From Eledone cirrhosa (taxonomy: Eukaryota), in assembly GCA_964016885.1 (NCBI GenBank), contig OZ024740.1, forward strand, positions 301,444,001 through 301,508,000: 64,000 nucleotides of DNA, given 5' to 3'. Each line of letters begins with the position of its first letter. The first letter of the stretch is position 1. A program made the position numbers and the translations under genes. The notes beneath the pieces are model-generated. The model was given only the letters and a program-made list of their open reading frames with translations, searched no databases and had not been told where the DNA came from. Positions 39,221 through 52,524 of this stretch are shown here, in pieces.

Positions 39221-39290
39221 CCTCATTACCAGAGGTTTCCCGAATAAGACGAATACGAAAGAAACGTCTTCATTCGTTCGTCGGATGAGG
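39221..39290 (-). ncRNA. Type I hammerhead, C4 variant (CCGACGA), in a PLE 3' remnant (~39115-39420)
   Basis: CCTCAT CCGACGA ACGAATGAAGACG...CGTCTTATTCGG GAAA CCTCTGG TA ATGAGG. Confidence 0.75.
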
Positions 39291-39760
39291 CAATATAAAA
39301 CATAGCTAAATATTTGGAAAGTCTCCTCAAGAAATGCAAAAAAAATAAAAATAAAATAAAAACATTATATATATATAGATAATACAATAGACATATAAAA
39401 TATATCAAAAACAATTTTTAAGAAATATAGTTAGCTGTGTGTATATGTATGTATATACACTCACAGATGTACATATGCATGTATGTACAAATGTGTGTGT
39501 ATAGTGAACATGTGTGCGTAAATATATGTATGAGGGCAAGTATATCTGTGTATATGTAACCACAGACACAGACATGATATGAGTGTCTGGTTGACAGGTA
39601 TACAGAAAAACAGGGTATTGGATACATTATAAGAATATTAAGGCACGCGTATAAACACACACCCAAGCGCGTACACTTATATGCGGAAGAAAAAGAGGTA
39701 AGGGAGTGTAATAGTAAAAAGAAAGTGTCATTCTCGATATATTTATATATATATATATAT

Positions 39761-39960
39761 ATAACGAAGGAAATGTGGTAAGGAACCAGGTGGACCATAA
39801 CGCTCCAAAGTACTCAATACTTAGGGTAGTAGAGTGGGTAATAGGAACCAGTAAGACCCCGATGGCTGAGCTCAAGCGGTTTCGACGGCTAATTCTGGAC
39901 GCTGAGTCCAGAATTAGCCGTCGAAACGGCTTGAGCTCAGCCGTCGGGGTCTTACTGGTT

Positions 39961-39965
<5 letters not shown>
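39761..39965 (-). mobile_element. Micro-PLE family B palindrome
   Basis: Inverted repeat 39841-39964 centred on GGAC GCTGA GTCC. Both arms carry GAAA C(G/C)GCT TGAGCTC AGCC(G/A) TC GGGGTC. Unique tail 39761-39840. Confidence 0.8.
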
Positions 39966-40015
<50 letters not shown>

Positions 40016-40594
40016 TAATGATTAAAAATTAAACAGATTGTAATATACATATAATTTCAAAGCCATACTGCCATCAATTGCAAGCGCACTTGAAGATGTT
40101 CACATAACTGTTTTTTTTATTATAAATCAGGTATTTAAGATATTCACCATTTGTTTCAATGGCTATATTTGTATGTTCCTAATTTTAAGTGTTATGTCCT
40201 GGCACATTATGTTAAAATGTTTTTATGTTTCCTCTCCAATACGAACCTGCCTCCATTTGCGTTAAATCCATGTAGTGTTCTTTTCTGTTTGTCTTTTGTC
40301 TTTTTGCACGGTGGTTATGTTGAGAATAAAAACCTGTTTTCAGTTAAATCTTTCAGTATGTGACAAATCTAGTTGTTTGCTATATTCTAAGGTCATGAAC
40401 AACCACATCTTGGCATTGTAACACCAAGTGACCAGAGAGTTGCTTGCTGTATATACAATGATTGATGTAGAAAATACCATTAATCTAGGTGTGAATATAA
40501 ATGTAACATAATGAATAATTCATTTCTAATTTATGTTTTCTGTAAAAAAATATTGCTTTCATTTAACTATGATTATAATCTTACATATGTATAG

Positions 40595-40625
<31 letters not shown>

Positions 40626-40648
40626 ATATATATTATATATATATATAT

Positions 40649-40679
<31 letters not shown>

Positions 40680-42333
40680 GTGTGTGTGGGGGGGGGGGGG
40701 CGTGTGTGAATCAGCGTATGAGTGTGTATGTAGTATGTTTATATGTTTTTAAAGTCAACCTTCCTCAGTTTAAACCGCATACGTTTCACACTTAATACAT
40801 CTACTCTTTATTTACTGATAATTAATTTGACTTTATATATACAAACTATTTTTATTGTATGCTTATCACGCATTACTGAAATGCATTTGCGAAATACGAG
40901 CGTATCTCGGTACATTCGGAAAAACATAAATATATGAATACTTGAATTGATTTTTCTCACAGATTCTTTAAAATGTTCTATTTTGTTTCGTCCTGTAGAT
41001 TCCTTTAATCAAGTCATGTACCTTTCTTTGATATGTGTTACACTAAAGGGAAAATACATTTAATCCATTTATTTCGCAACCTCTATTAATTATCCGATTA
41101 AAATTGACTCGTAGAGGTGCGCGCACACACACCTTGCATGCAGGCATAGAGGTCTACGTACCTCTAGTTCAATTGAACGGGAGATGGAAACAGAGAAAAA
41201 GAGAATGACAGATAGATAGATACATAGATAGAGATAGACATAAAATATATAAAGATAGGGAAATAGAGATGTGTATGTAACAAAGTGAATCATTAGAAAG
41301 CGTAAGCTGAATAATACATGTTTCATTTCAAGTTAAAGAAAATAAACGAACACCCAACGACTTTTCTTATTGAGTACAAGTGAAATCTGGCGTCCAATTC
41401 AAGGATTTGTGAATTAATCTCTCAATATTCATTTTTCTTTAGTGGGAAATCATTTAAATTCAGTTTGCATACGTCCGTCTATTGTAATGTGCACACAAAA
41501 CCTTGTCTATCTTCAATAGATAACAATGAAAACAATCATTTTCCAAAAAATATGAGTCCTTGTTTTTTTTTATGTATAATATATATCAAAGCCAAATGTA
41601 TTATGGGATATAGCAGAAATATGATAGATTTGGACTATTAATTTAGGAGTGATAATTGCGTACAGAGAATAAGTGCATCTAATTCAAGGAAAACAAATAA
41701 TTGTTTACACTTCACCGTGCAAACGTAAATAAAGACACGTTTAATTTTGCATGCATGAGTAATATATTCGAGGTCATTTTTTTTAGCATTAATTTAAACA
41801 TACGTACATATGTTTGTATACTAGATAATACAGATTAGGATGAGCTTAGCCAAGTCAAGCCAATTTAATCAGTGCAAAAATATCCTTTTGCATAAATAAA
41901 AACAAATTTAACAAAGCCTTCTTATCTGTATTTGTTTCAAACATCAAAAATAAATAAAACAGAAATGAATAAAATAGAAAAATGATATGAATTTGAAGAA
42001 ATAATTATTGTGTGATATATTGAATGTCGGACAGTTTGTCGAATGTCCCACAACATATTTAAGACGATGGATTTTGATTTGTTTCAATGGTAATACAATT
42101 TCTAGTCAATGGAGGGTCCATAGTAACAATACAAGCCCCACTCAATTTTGCTAATGATGCATATCTACGAAAGTCAACGTCGAAAAACAAATGGAAATAA
42201 TGAGAAAATGTAAATTTGGAGATCAACCACATTTTCGTAGGAATACAAATAAACAACATATATCTACTCGCTTCCTGATTGAGCACTGTTTAATTTTTTT
42301 CCTTTTCAGATATACGGGTGTTGCTACCCCCCA

Positions 42334-42412
<79 letters not shown>

Positions 42413-42416
<4 letters not shown>

Positions 42417-42614
42417 GAACACTGAAAGGTAATATCAGTAGTGGTAGAGCACTCAGTCCATGGGACGAGTTTGGTAGAAGTAGTAACACAACAATTAGTT
42501 TACCATACCGAGAACAATTGTTTCCTTTTATGCGGATCATCAGTTCGGTCTACGTGCTAAAGATCCGCATAAGGTGAAACAATTGTTCTCGGTATGGTGA
42601 TCTAATTGTTGTAT

Positions 42615-42619
<5 letters not shown>
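42413..42619 (-). mobile_element. Micro-PLE family E with HHR (42508-42548, minus) and an inverted partial arm
   Basis: CCGAA CTGATGA TCCGCATAAAAG GAAA CAATTG TT CTCGG; mirror copy at 42562-42619. Confidence 0.75.
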
Positions 42620-42704
<85 letters not shown>

Positions 42705-42989
42705 AAGTATGTCCATAGGATCATTTGATAAAATATATACATCATCTCTCCGAATCACCATAATCAACCACACACAAAGCCAATTAAACCAGGCTATAAG
42801 ATTAGGAGGCACTTATGAAGAAATAGTAGACAATTAAACGATAGCCATCTATTCGCGACAAACAACCATATAATATTAACGCAGCATTTCATAGCACGTG
42901 GAAATCGATTAAATATATAGTCAACCATACACAATTAGGTATAAAATCAAAGTTAGAAGAAAAAATGTATATAAACATTCCAAAATTAC

Positions 42990-43071
42990 GTTTCTACTCC
43001 ATGGGTTTTCACTCACTTTTGGAAATATCTAATCAAGGATAAATTCACAAGCTTCGAAATCATCAGGCAAC
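42990..43071 (-). ncRNA. Type I hammerhead of the tandem unit, partly degenerate
   Basis: GTTGC CTGATGA TTTC...GAGT GAAA ACCCATGGAG TA GAAAC. Confidence 0.65.
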
Positions 43072-43297
43072 AAACTCACTTGGACGGAGATTTTTCTTAA
43101 ATGATCCCCGCCAGAAACAAATTCCAAATGGCTAAGAACTGTGACGTGGCGTTGGTCAAGTCAGAAAGAATGTGATTGGTGCTTTACAGCGAGTGGGCTG
43201 GTTGCTAGAAAACGCAGCCTAATATTGCCTAAATTGCATCTCAACCATATGGGAGATTATCAAATATAAAGATTTACATATACATAAACTAAACAAA

Positions 43298-43365
<68 letters not shown>

Positions 43366-43730
43366 TTTTGGTAACCATTCACGTGTGGCTCAATGACGAT
43401 TTAATTAATTAAATAATCAACAATCAGAGCAATATACAATAAAGTATGTCCATAGAATCATTTGATAAAATATATATACAATCTCCTCTCACAATCAGTA
43501 TAATCAACCACACAAAAAAACAATTAGACCAGGCTATAAGATTAAAAGGCACCTATGAAGAAATCATAGATAAATAAACGATAGCCATCTATTCGCGATC
43601 AACAGCCATAGAATATTTACCCAGCATTTCAATAGCACGTGGAAATCGATTAAATATATCGTCAACCATACACAATTAGGTATAACATCAAAGTTAGAAG
43701 AAAAAATGTATATACACATACCAACATTAC

Positions 43731-43812
43731 GTTTCTACCCCATGAAGTTTCATTCGCTTTTGGAAATATCCAATCAAGGATAAATTGACGAGCTTCGAAA
43801 TCATCAGTAAAC
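43731..43812 (-). ncRNA. Type I hammerhead of the tandem unit
   Basis: GTTTA CTGATGA TTTC...TATCC TTGATT GGATA...GAAT GAAA CTTCATGGGG TA GAAAC. Confidence 0.75.
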
Positions 43813-44038
43813 AAACTCACTTGGACGGAGATTTTTCTTAAATGATCCCCGCCAGAAACGAATTCAAAATGGCTAAGAAATGTGACGTGGCACTGGTCAA
43901 GTCAGAAAAATGTGATTGGTGCCTTACTGCGAGTGGGCTGATTGCTAGAAAGCGCAGCCTAATATTGCCTAAATTGCATCTGAACCATATGGAAGATTAT
44001 CAAATATAAAGATTTACATCTACACAAACAAGAGAAAG

Positions 44039-44090
<52 letters not shown>

Positions 44091-44098
<8 letters not shown>

Positions 44099-44428
44099 AG
44101 ATCAAAAGATGGTTAAAGGAGTTCCATATATTTTATTATGCGCATTTCAAAAACAAACATCATTAAACAATAATATTTGCGTTTTCATCAGATAAAATAG
44201 GAGAACATGATATGAAGGCTTCATATCATGTTCTCCTATTTTATCTGATGAAAACGCAAATATTATTGTTTGATGATGTTTGTTTTTGAAATGCGCATAA
44301 TAAAATATATGGAACTCCTTTAACCATCTTTTGATCTTATATTATGCATACTCCAGTCCCACAAACTGTAGAGTGCTTCTTATCCGATATCTGCATTGCT
44401 TTATTGTACTACAATAGAACTCACCTCC

Positions 44429-44432
<4 letters not shown>
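44091..44432 (+). mobile_element. Micro-PLE family A palindrome with two complete HHRs (44131-44197 minus, 44239-44305 plus)
   Basis: ~125 bp near-perfect inverted arms around GAAGGCTTC, plus an ~88 nt tail ending CCTCCTACA(TA)n. Confidence 0.9.
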
Positions 44433-44474
<42 letters not shown>

Positions 44475-44501
44475 TTTGGCAACCATTCACGAATACACAT
44501 A

Positions 44502-44556
<55 letters not shown>

Positions 44557-44559
44557 AAG

Positions 44560-44659
<100 letters not shown>

Positions 44660-44754
44660 TATACATATAAGTATGTATACGTACATACATATATGTATAT
44701 ATACGTACATTAGTATGTATATATATATATACATACATGCACACATATATATAT

Positions 44755-44954
44755 GTACGTATGGGTTTTCCGAACATTTATTATAATGCTCGGTTTGTTT
44801 GTAAACAAACAGCCCGAATTAAGCCGTACAATTTTTACCAACCTTCGTTGCCCTTTTGTTCAACACTGACAAAGGAACGATGTACTAGTTTCAAGCAAAC
44901 TAGTTTACAAACAAACCGAGCATTATAATAAATGTTCGGTAAACCCATACGTAC
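44755..44954. mobile_element. 200 bp MITE-like element with 52 bp TIRs inside (TA)n
   Basis: 44755-44806 mirrors 44903-44954 with one mismatch; TA flanks. Confidence 0.7.
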
Positions 44955-45041
44955 ATATATATATGTACCTCTATATACATATATGTATGTACGTATAGAT
45001 ACTTATATGTATATATATATATATATGCATGTATACATATA

Positions 45042-45278
45042 TATTTATAGAATTTTTGCCTATTCCTCTTTAATTATGTGGGCATATTCACCGCTTTTCC
45101 GCCCAACACTAATATTACAATTATTCTCAACCTTTTATTTTCCCCTTGAATGCACATCTATTATGAATCAACGTAATCGCTGTGTCCTTGAAATACATTG
45201 GTTTTTATAAGGGATGTGTTTATCTTGATGGACATATATATATATATATACATACATACACACACACAAACACACACG

Positions 45279-45331
<53 letters not shown>

Positions 45332-45634
45332 GTACATATATATAAGTGTGCATGTATGTATATATATACATAATACTGTACGTCTGTATACATATATGTA
45401 TGTACGTATACATACTTATATTTAAGAAATAGCCGTACTGGTATAATTCCTAAAGGTTTATTATACTATGAACATTTCAATGAACATTTCAATGAACCGG
45501 TTCAGTATGAATCCGGTGACATCAGCAGGTATTCGAAATTTAACATAGGAATATAATACATGGGGCTGAAAAAGCAGAGAGACAAGAACGCGCCCACACA
45601 TTTAGCAGTTTCTAGTCCCGTCGGCCGTCTTCAA

Positions 45635-45699
<65 letters not shown>

Positions 45700-45716
45700 T
45701 AGATATATATATATAT

Positions 45717-45791
<75 letters not shown>

Positions 45792-46336
45792 TATGTATAT
45801 ATATATATGTGTGTGTGTATGAGAGAGTATATACACACACACACATACACACACACACTGTATTTTTCACAAAAGTTATATATATATATATATATAAATT
45901 TTGTGAAATATACACTGAGGCGTTCACAGCAACCACATTAAGGGCATAAACATGTTCTAATGTGAATATAAACTCCAATGGTATTTGCTAATTTGTATGA
46001 TGGTGTGACACATCTGTTTTGTATATATGTAGGAAACGAGGGTAAAACCTGGGGTATTCACCAGGCGTAACCCCTAACACACAGAGAGAGCGTACAACGA
46101 GACTCCGTAAATAAAGTTCCCGAGACAGTTCACTTCAGTGCTTATTTATAGAATTTTTGCCTATTCCTCTTTAATTATGTGGGCATATTCACCGCTTTTC
46201 CGCCCAACACTAATATTACAATTATTCTCAACCTTTTATTTTCCCCTTGAATGCACATCTATTATGAATCAACGTAATCGCTGTGTCCTTGAAATACATT
46301 GGTTTTTATAAGGGATGTGTTTATCTTGATGGACAT
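45042..46336 (+). repeat. ~190 bp direct duplication (45042-45236 and 46144-46336)
   Basis: TATTTATAGAATTTTTGCC...CTTGATGGACAT appears twice, identical by eye. Confidence 0.9.
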
Positions 46337-47524
46337 TTATTTACGGATTAAATTTGCACATTAAATGTTAGTAAGATTGATGAATGTCTGCTTATTTTAA
46401 AACAAAGTCGCATTTGTCTACATCGACTTTATTTAGGCATATGTTTGTTTCTTGACTTTGAAAACCTTCAATAGGTACCTGAGGAAAAATGAACAGAATT
46501 TTGGATATCATCTTCTCTTTTATCCATATCCGCTGTTCGTGTAAATTATTTTAAGTTAAGAAACAGAAAATTTATAATCTGATAAGAAATATTTACTCTG
46601 AACCATTTAGTGTACAATGGCATTTTATTGCCATTCTGATGTGTTATCAGATTAACTTTCATTATAAAATGTATTCAGGAAATGATACTTAGTATTTTTT
46701 TTTTCATTTCATTACAGCGTTTAGTTTCAGAGTCACATATATAGTATATAAATATATTTTTTGATAGCAAATGTTGTAGAAATATATGATATAAAATGAT
46801 AGAAACTGATATTATCTGAATGAAATTATTGATAATGCATAATATGAAAGACAGTAACATATTACAATTAATATAAGCATTCGCTGCTGGGTTTAATCTG
46901 CGGAATTAGCACTAAAACAATAAAAGAAGAAACCCACATTTACTGCTATATCGGGGAAATAAATCAATTTTAGTTAACATGAGACAACTAGTCATTTTAA
47001 TGGCTGACCTTCGGGAATTAAAGAGGAGAAGTATAAGTGGAAAAGAGAAAAACTAAGACTGGGTAAGTGACTGGAATGTGACGATATGCGAGATAAGAAA
47101 TATTTAAAATGCCTAAGACAGTGAAAATAAATATATGACGCATTGAAATAATGCATAAATGAAATAGTGATGTTGGAGAGTTGGGTACAGTGATATTGAA
47201 ACTTGGCGATTTACAGTTTAGAATTAAAAAAATTCTTCTCTTAGGCACTTTTTTATGCAAATATATGTATACATTACCATAACTGATAAACACAAACACA
47301 CACATGCACATAATATTTATACAGATATTTTCTATCAATGGCTATTGTTACAAAAATCTCTATATCTCAAACGAACTGCCGTGATGTATATTCACTTCTC
47401 TCACACTCTTTCTCTCTGACATTCTAATATATAACATAAAAGCCCATACACACATTTATATACATACATACGTATATATTCATATATATATATTGTGTTG
47501 TTTGTGTATGTATGCATGTATCTA

Positions 47525-47616
<92 letters not shown>

Positions 47617-50600
47617 ATTATTACATGTGCATATGTATACGTTATGCTTGTATGTCTATGTGATTTTATTATCAGTTATTTTGTTATTATTGTATATACA
47701 TATAAATCTTTGTATCCAGGCCTATACTCTCACCGTAACATAAAACATAAATCTGCAGCAATTGTCAAGCAAATACCCAAAGGTCTAAAGAATATATATT
47801 TCAAAGAGTAACTTTTGTGCCGCTAGTAAATGGAGTAAATGGAAATATAATGAAAATATTCAATTTAACATTGTAAGGAACATTTAGCAATATATTTCTA
47901 ACATGCATCAATGCACATATGCTAAAATACAAAACAGTTCAATAACAATGTGTTTACAGGCAAATAAAGAATCTTCTTTTCCAGATTTACTTTCCCTTTG
48001 GTGTGTAGCACATAGTAAAATATAGGAAACACCATTTTTAATTAATTGAAATGTAAGCAACAATTTATCACTTTTAGCCATTATCTCTTGATAGAAACAT
48101 ATTATATTCATTTATGATTCATCATTAAAATTATTCACTTTTTTCTTTCCACACACTGTATTTAATTCGTATGTACATTTATTTTTAGAACCATACATAC
48201 ACATATGTTTCCATGAAACAAAACTTCATCACATCCTTTACATTTATTGAAATGTATACGTCACATATATAAATGTACACTTAAATGGTTCTCGCCCAGC
48301 ATTTTGCCTATGAATCTGCGCCAGCGAATACGATTGGCATAATATATTGCCAGAATTAGCCCTGGCAGTTTCCCAGAAAATAAACATACTCCCTCGAGAT
48401 CTCCGCATAACTCAAAATATTTACGTTAAATATGTTTGTAGTCTGGGTGTCATTGAATCTAGTCTGAGAAATCAAATGTTATTTTTCTTTCTTTATTATC
48501 TTCCGGCTGTATGAACGTTTGTGTTGAAAACTGTTTATGGCGTTTCAATCTACATTTACGCTCGACGACATTTTCTTTAGATCAATATACCAAACAGGGT
48601 ATGATGGCGGTCTAGATCATGGTCAGTTGTGACCGGATGTTGCCTTCCAGGGCTAAACCGGGATGTTGGCTCTCCGAAAGTTTTGAGAGTGCATATTAGC
48701 AATAACCGAAGTACCTATCCAGATGGTGACACCGAGCCAATTCATCAAATGGGTACTTCAGTAGTTGAACAGATCTATAACCGTTTGAAAAGTTGTGTCA
48801 TATTTTCAAAAGCTTCGACGATCCACAACGTTTATTATTGTATTCACTTTTCCCTTCCCACATTAAACATATTGGCTATTAATGAACAGAGAAAGTGTGT
48901 GCAAGAGAGAGAAACAGTTAAAGAATGAGTATTATATATTTGTATCGAACTTTGTATATTTTGTATGGTATGTCTTGTAGGCAGGTTTAGAAATAAATCC
49001 TGAAATGAAAACATAGTATCCATTTGTTATTGAAAATAGCTACAATTTACTTTATATTGTCTGGAATATATCGACATATGACGTATCAATTAAATTGGAA
49101 AATAATGATATTATTCATGAGAAATCTGAAAGCCGATTATAGTAAAATATAAATGAGCGTTAGAATTAGATGACAAGATGTATATACATCATATTAGACA
49201 TAATAAACAAAACGAGAAATATACTCCCATCCCAAGATTGATATTTTAAAATCTCATCTATAGGACTGTGGTTGAGCACATTTTGATTCAGGCATTGGTA
49301 AAATAATCTGCTTCTCTAGCGTTACATCACTGAACAATCTTTGTGACTTTAGATTTGGAATCGGAAAACTATATCAGACCAAGCAATGTGTTGTTCGTAC
49401 TTGGCAAGATGCCACCAATCTCAGAATTATGTTCTCATTGTGTGTCTTTCCCACAGAGAAACATGTGTAATCATTAACATTATCCCCTTCAATGACACTC
49501 AAAATATATGTTGGTCTAAGAATAGAAACAATATATATTATATATATTGATAGTTCATTGGCTACTATTGCGTTTGATCGTTCTGGACCTCAGCCTTCTA
49601 TTTTGTTGAGAACAGGTCTGATGATGCAGCAGCACAAATTGGAGGCTGTCTGATTCAGTGTTCGCCTGGAATTTGATCTTCAGGTAAATCAGATGCCATC
49701 TGTAGTAAGCTGTGCAGCATAGGCTCCATAAAAGTCAGTTTATGGTTCAAATAATGTTGTCCTTTCCAAAATTATTTTGTAAGCAGTAATTTATCTAAAG
49801 AGATACTTCATGACAGATGGGTCTACACATGCATGCATGTGTGTTTGGGTGTGTGTGTTCGAGTGTGAGTATTAGTCATCTATCAAAATTAACTTGCTAT
49901 ACATATATCCCACCGATATTATTTATCTAATACCTCGGTTTCAATCCTACACATAAATACATTTTGCATTTCTATTTGAAATTAAACAAACACAAACCTT
50001 ATTAACCAAAAATAAAACCTGAGTATCGTTAATATATATCGCTCAGAGTTTCGTGAATATAATTTCATATTAGCAGGTTTCTTCTTGATAACATTTAACA
50101 GTTATTATATACTATTTCCTATCCTGGTTTAGAAAGAAACTGGTAAATTTGCCTATAATAATTTTATATCCGCTCTCTGCCTGAAAAAACAGAATTACCT
50201 CAACCCCGGCCGATATCAGGGATATATATGCCACTTAACCTCCTTTAAATGTGATGTAAAATATATTATGCTCCTTCTAAGACGGCAGCAGTTGAGTGGT
50301 GGATGTCTTGTCATCCAACAACCACGGGTATTTAATTACGCCACATTTCACTAATGCCTTCGTTCGTTTTGTCATTATATAATATTTTCCCCTCTCTTCT
50401 TATTTATTATTTTAACATTAAATCTAAACGAATATCCATTCCTTATATTTTTATTTGCCTCAAAGATTTCCAGAAGAAAATGAGTATGTATTACCACGTT
50501 TTAAACCACACGCAAATTCTGACATAACCTATTATCTATATGCAAAAGGTATAAGAAGTGATGAATGTCGATGATTTAGTCATACTTTTACAATCAAAAT

Positions 50601-51443
50601 GTATACATTACTATATGAAGCAGTAAATCATGATCGGATTGTTTGGTAAGTATTGTTAAGTGAATCCTTGATCCAAGAAAATAGCACTGTAAACCGTCTT
50701 AGGGTTTGATATTGCATGTTAAATCATAAAAGTTTTTAGGGCTTAGGGAATAGAAGAATATATATACTCTGAAACACAACTAATCTGTTAGCTCATTTTG
50801 CTGAAAAGGGGATAAGATGAGGGAAAGCGGAATATAATGGGGGAGGGTGAAATATTTCTGAATTATAATAGTCATTAAGAATAAAAATATTTGTAACACG
50901 CGACTAAAAATAAACGAAAAGCATTAAAAAAAAGAAGGCTTTACTTTAAACGGTTTTGGACGAATATTTTCTTGCGTCCTTGTTTCAAACACTTGATAAA
51001 TTCAGGTTCTCAGTAGAAAACATATGTATTCACAAGGTACAAGGAGCAGAAGAAATATATCGATGAATGGTAAATGTAGTGGAATAATCAGTGAAACTCC
51101 CAATATGCACACTTTCAGACTGCCACTAAGAATAGCTGACTGCTTCGAAGATCTCAACAAACTGAAAGAGGATAATTTAATTTAACATGTCATGGCTGTA
51201 ATAAAGAAGCCTACATAATGCAAAACGTGCGGTAAAAGATTAGAGGAACGAAAAGGAAGGCGTTGTAATATAAATTATTTAGGAGTCAGATATTATTAGG
51301 ATTATCATGAATCCTTATTCATGTTATATGGCCATTCTCATTATCAAGTTTCATATATCAATCTTGGCTGCCAACTAAAATCGATGATTGTATCAATATA
51401 TATATGCCTTATCAATATATGTAGAATATATATAAATATATAT

Positions 51444-51498
<55 letters not shown>

Positions 51499-51720
51499 GG
51501 GGGGGGGGGATGAGCGTATGTCTATGTGCGGTCATGGTGGCTTATGCTTCTCTTTTTGTGTGTATGTATTAAGCTTTAGTAAAGATTTAATTGTGCAGGA
51601 ATGGGTATACGGAGAAATTGCATTGTACATTGAAGCAATGAACAATTTAGAGGATACAAGTTGAACATAAATCGTTACGCAGCGTAAATTATAAACAATC
51701 ACACACATATACATGTATGT

Positions 51721-51757
<37 letters not shown>

Positions 51758-51797
51758 AACGTGTGTGCACACACACACACACACACATGCACCGTAC

Positions 51798-51883
<86 letters not shown>

Positions 51884-51971
51884 TTTCGCACATATTCTGT
51901 AACGCTGTTAGCTTGCATCTTGTAAGGTAAATATATAAGTATAAGCGAGAATAAAATTAAATTCCTAAAAC

Positions 51972-52008
51972 CTGATGAGACAAATCTACGTCGACTTATA
52001 TACGTCAT
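51972..52008 (+). ncRNA. Degenerate hammerhead remnant
   Basis: CTGATGA GAC AAATCTAC GTC GACT TATATACG TC; GAAA and stem I are lost. Confidence 0.35.
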
Positions 52009-52480
52009 CTTCTGTTTCTATGGGCTATCCAAATGTAGTTACATGCTATAACATTCGCGAAGTGTGTCATGTGAAACTGTTATTAATATAACAAGTATGT
52101 GATATCATAGAAAGCATATGATAATATAATGATATTTTATTATTATTTCAAAAAGATATATATTAGCAGGACAGCATCGTCTAAACTGCACATTACACGT
52201 TTAAAGTAGAAATGGTACTGACATTTTCAAGATCAAAACATTTCACCGTTACATATTTTTAAAATATTAATAATGATGACATTCAGTAACAGTCTTAGTA
52301 GATGCTTTGCACAGTAATTTATTTAAAATTAAAGCGCAATTATGACCGTGTAATTAATATTGCAAACGTTATAAACACATAATCTATCACACTATTACTC
52401 ATACACACATAATATATCACACTATCACACTCACACAGCCATACTGATACACAAAGACACATCCCCCCCCACCCACCACC

Positions 52481-52524
<44 letters not shown>

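Larger units (their letters stand above)
42698..44492 (-). mobile_element. Retrozyme-like non-coding tandem element, locus 2 (period ~741 bp, ~1.9 units, interrupted by a family A micro-PLE)
   Basis: Two diverged units. The unit sequence resumes (TTTTGGCAACCATTCACG) at 44474 after the inserted PLE. Confidence 0.8.

Noticed and set aside
49615-49660. TGATGA...CTGA as a C/D snoRNA or SECIS
   Set aside because: Too short for a snoRNA, and helix II has only about 5 bp.
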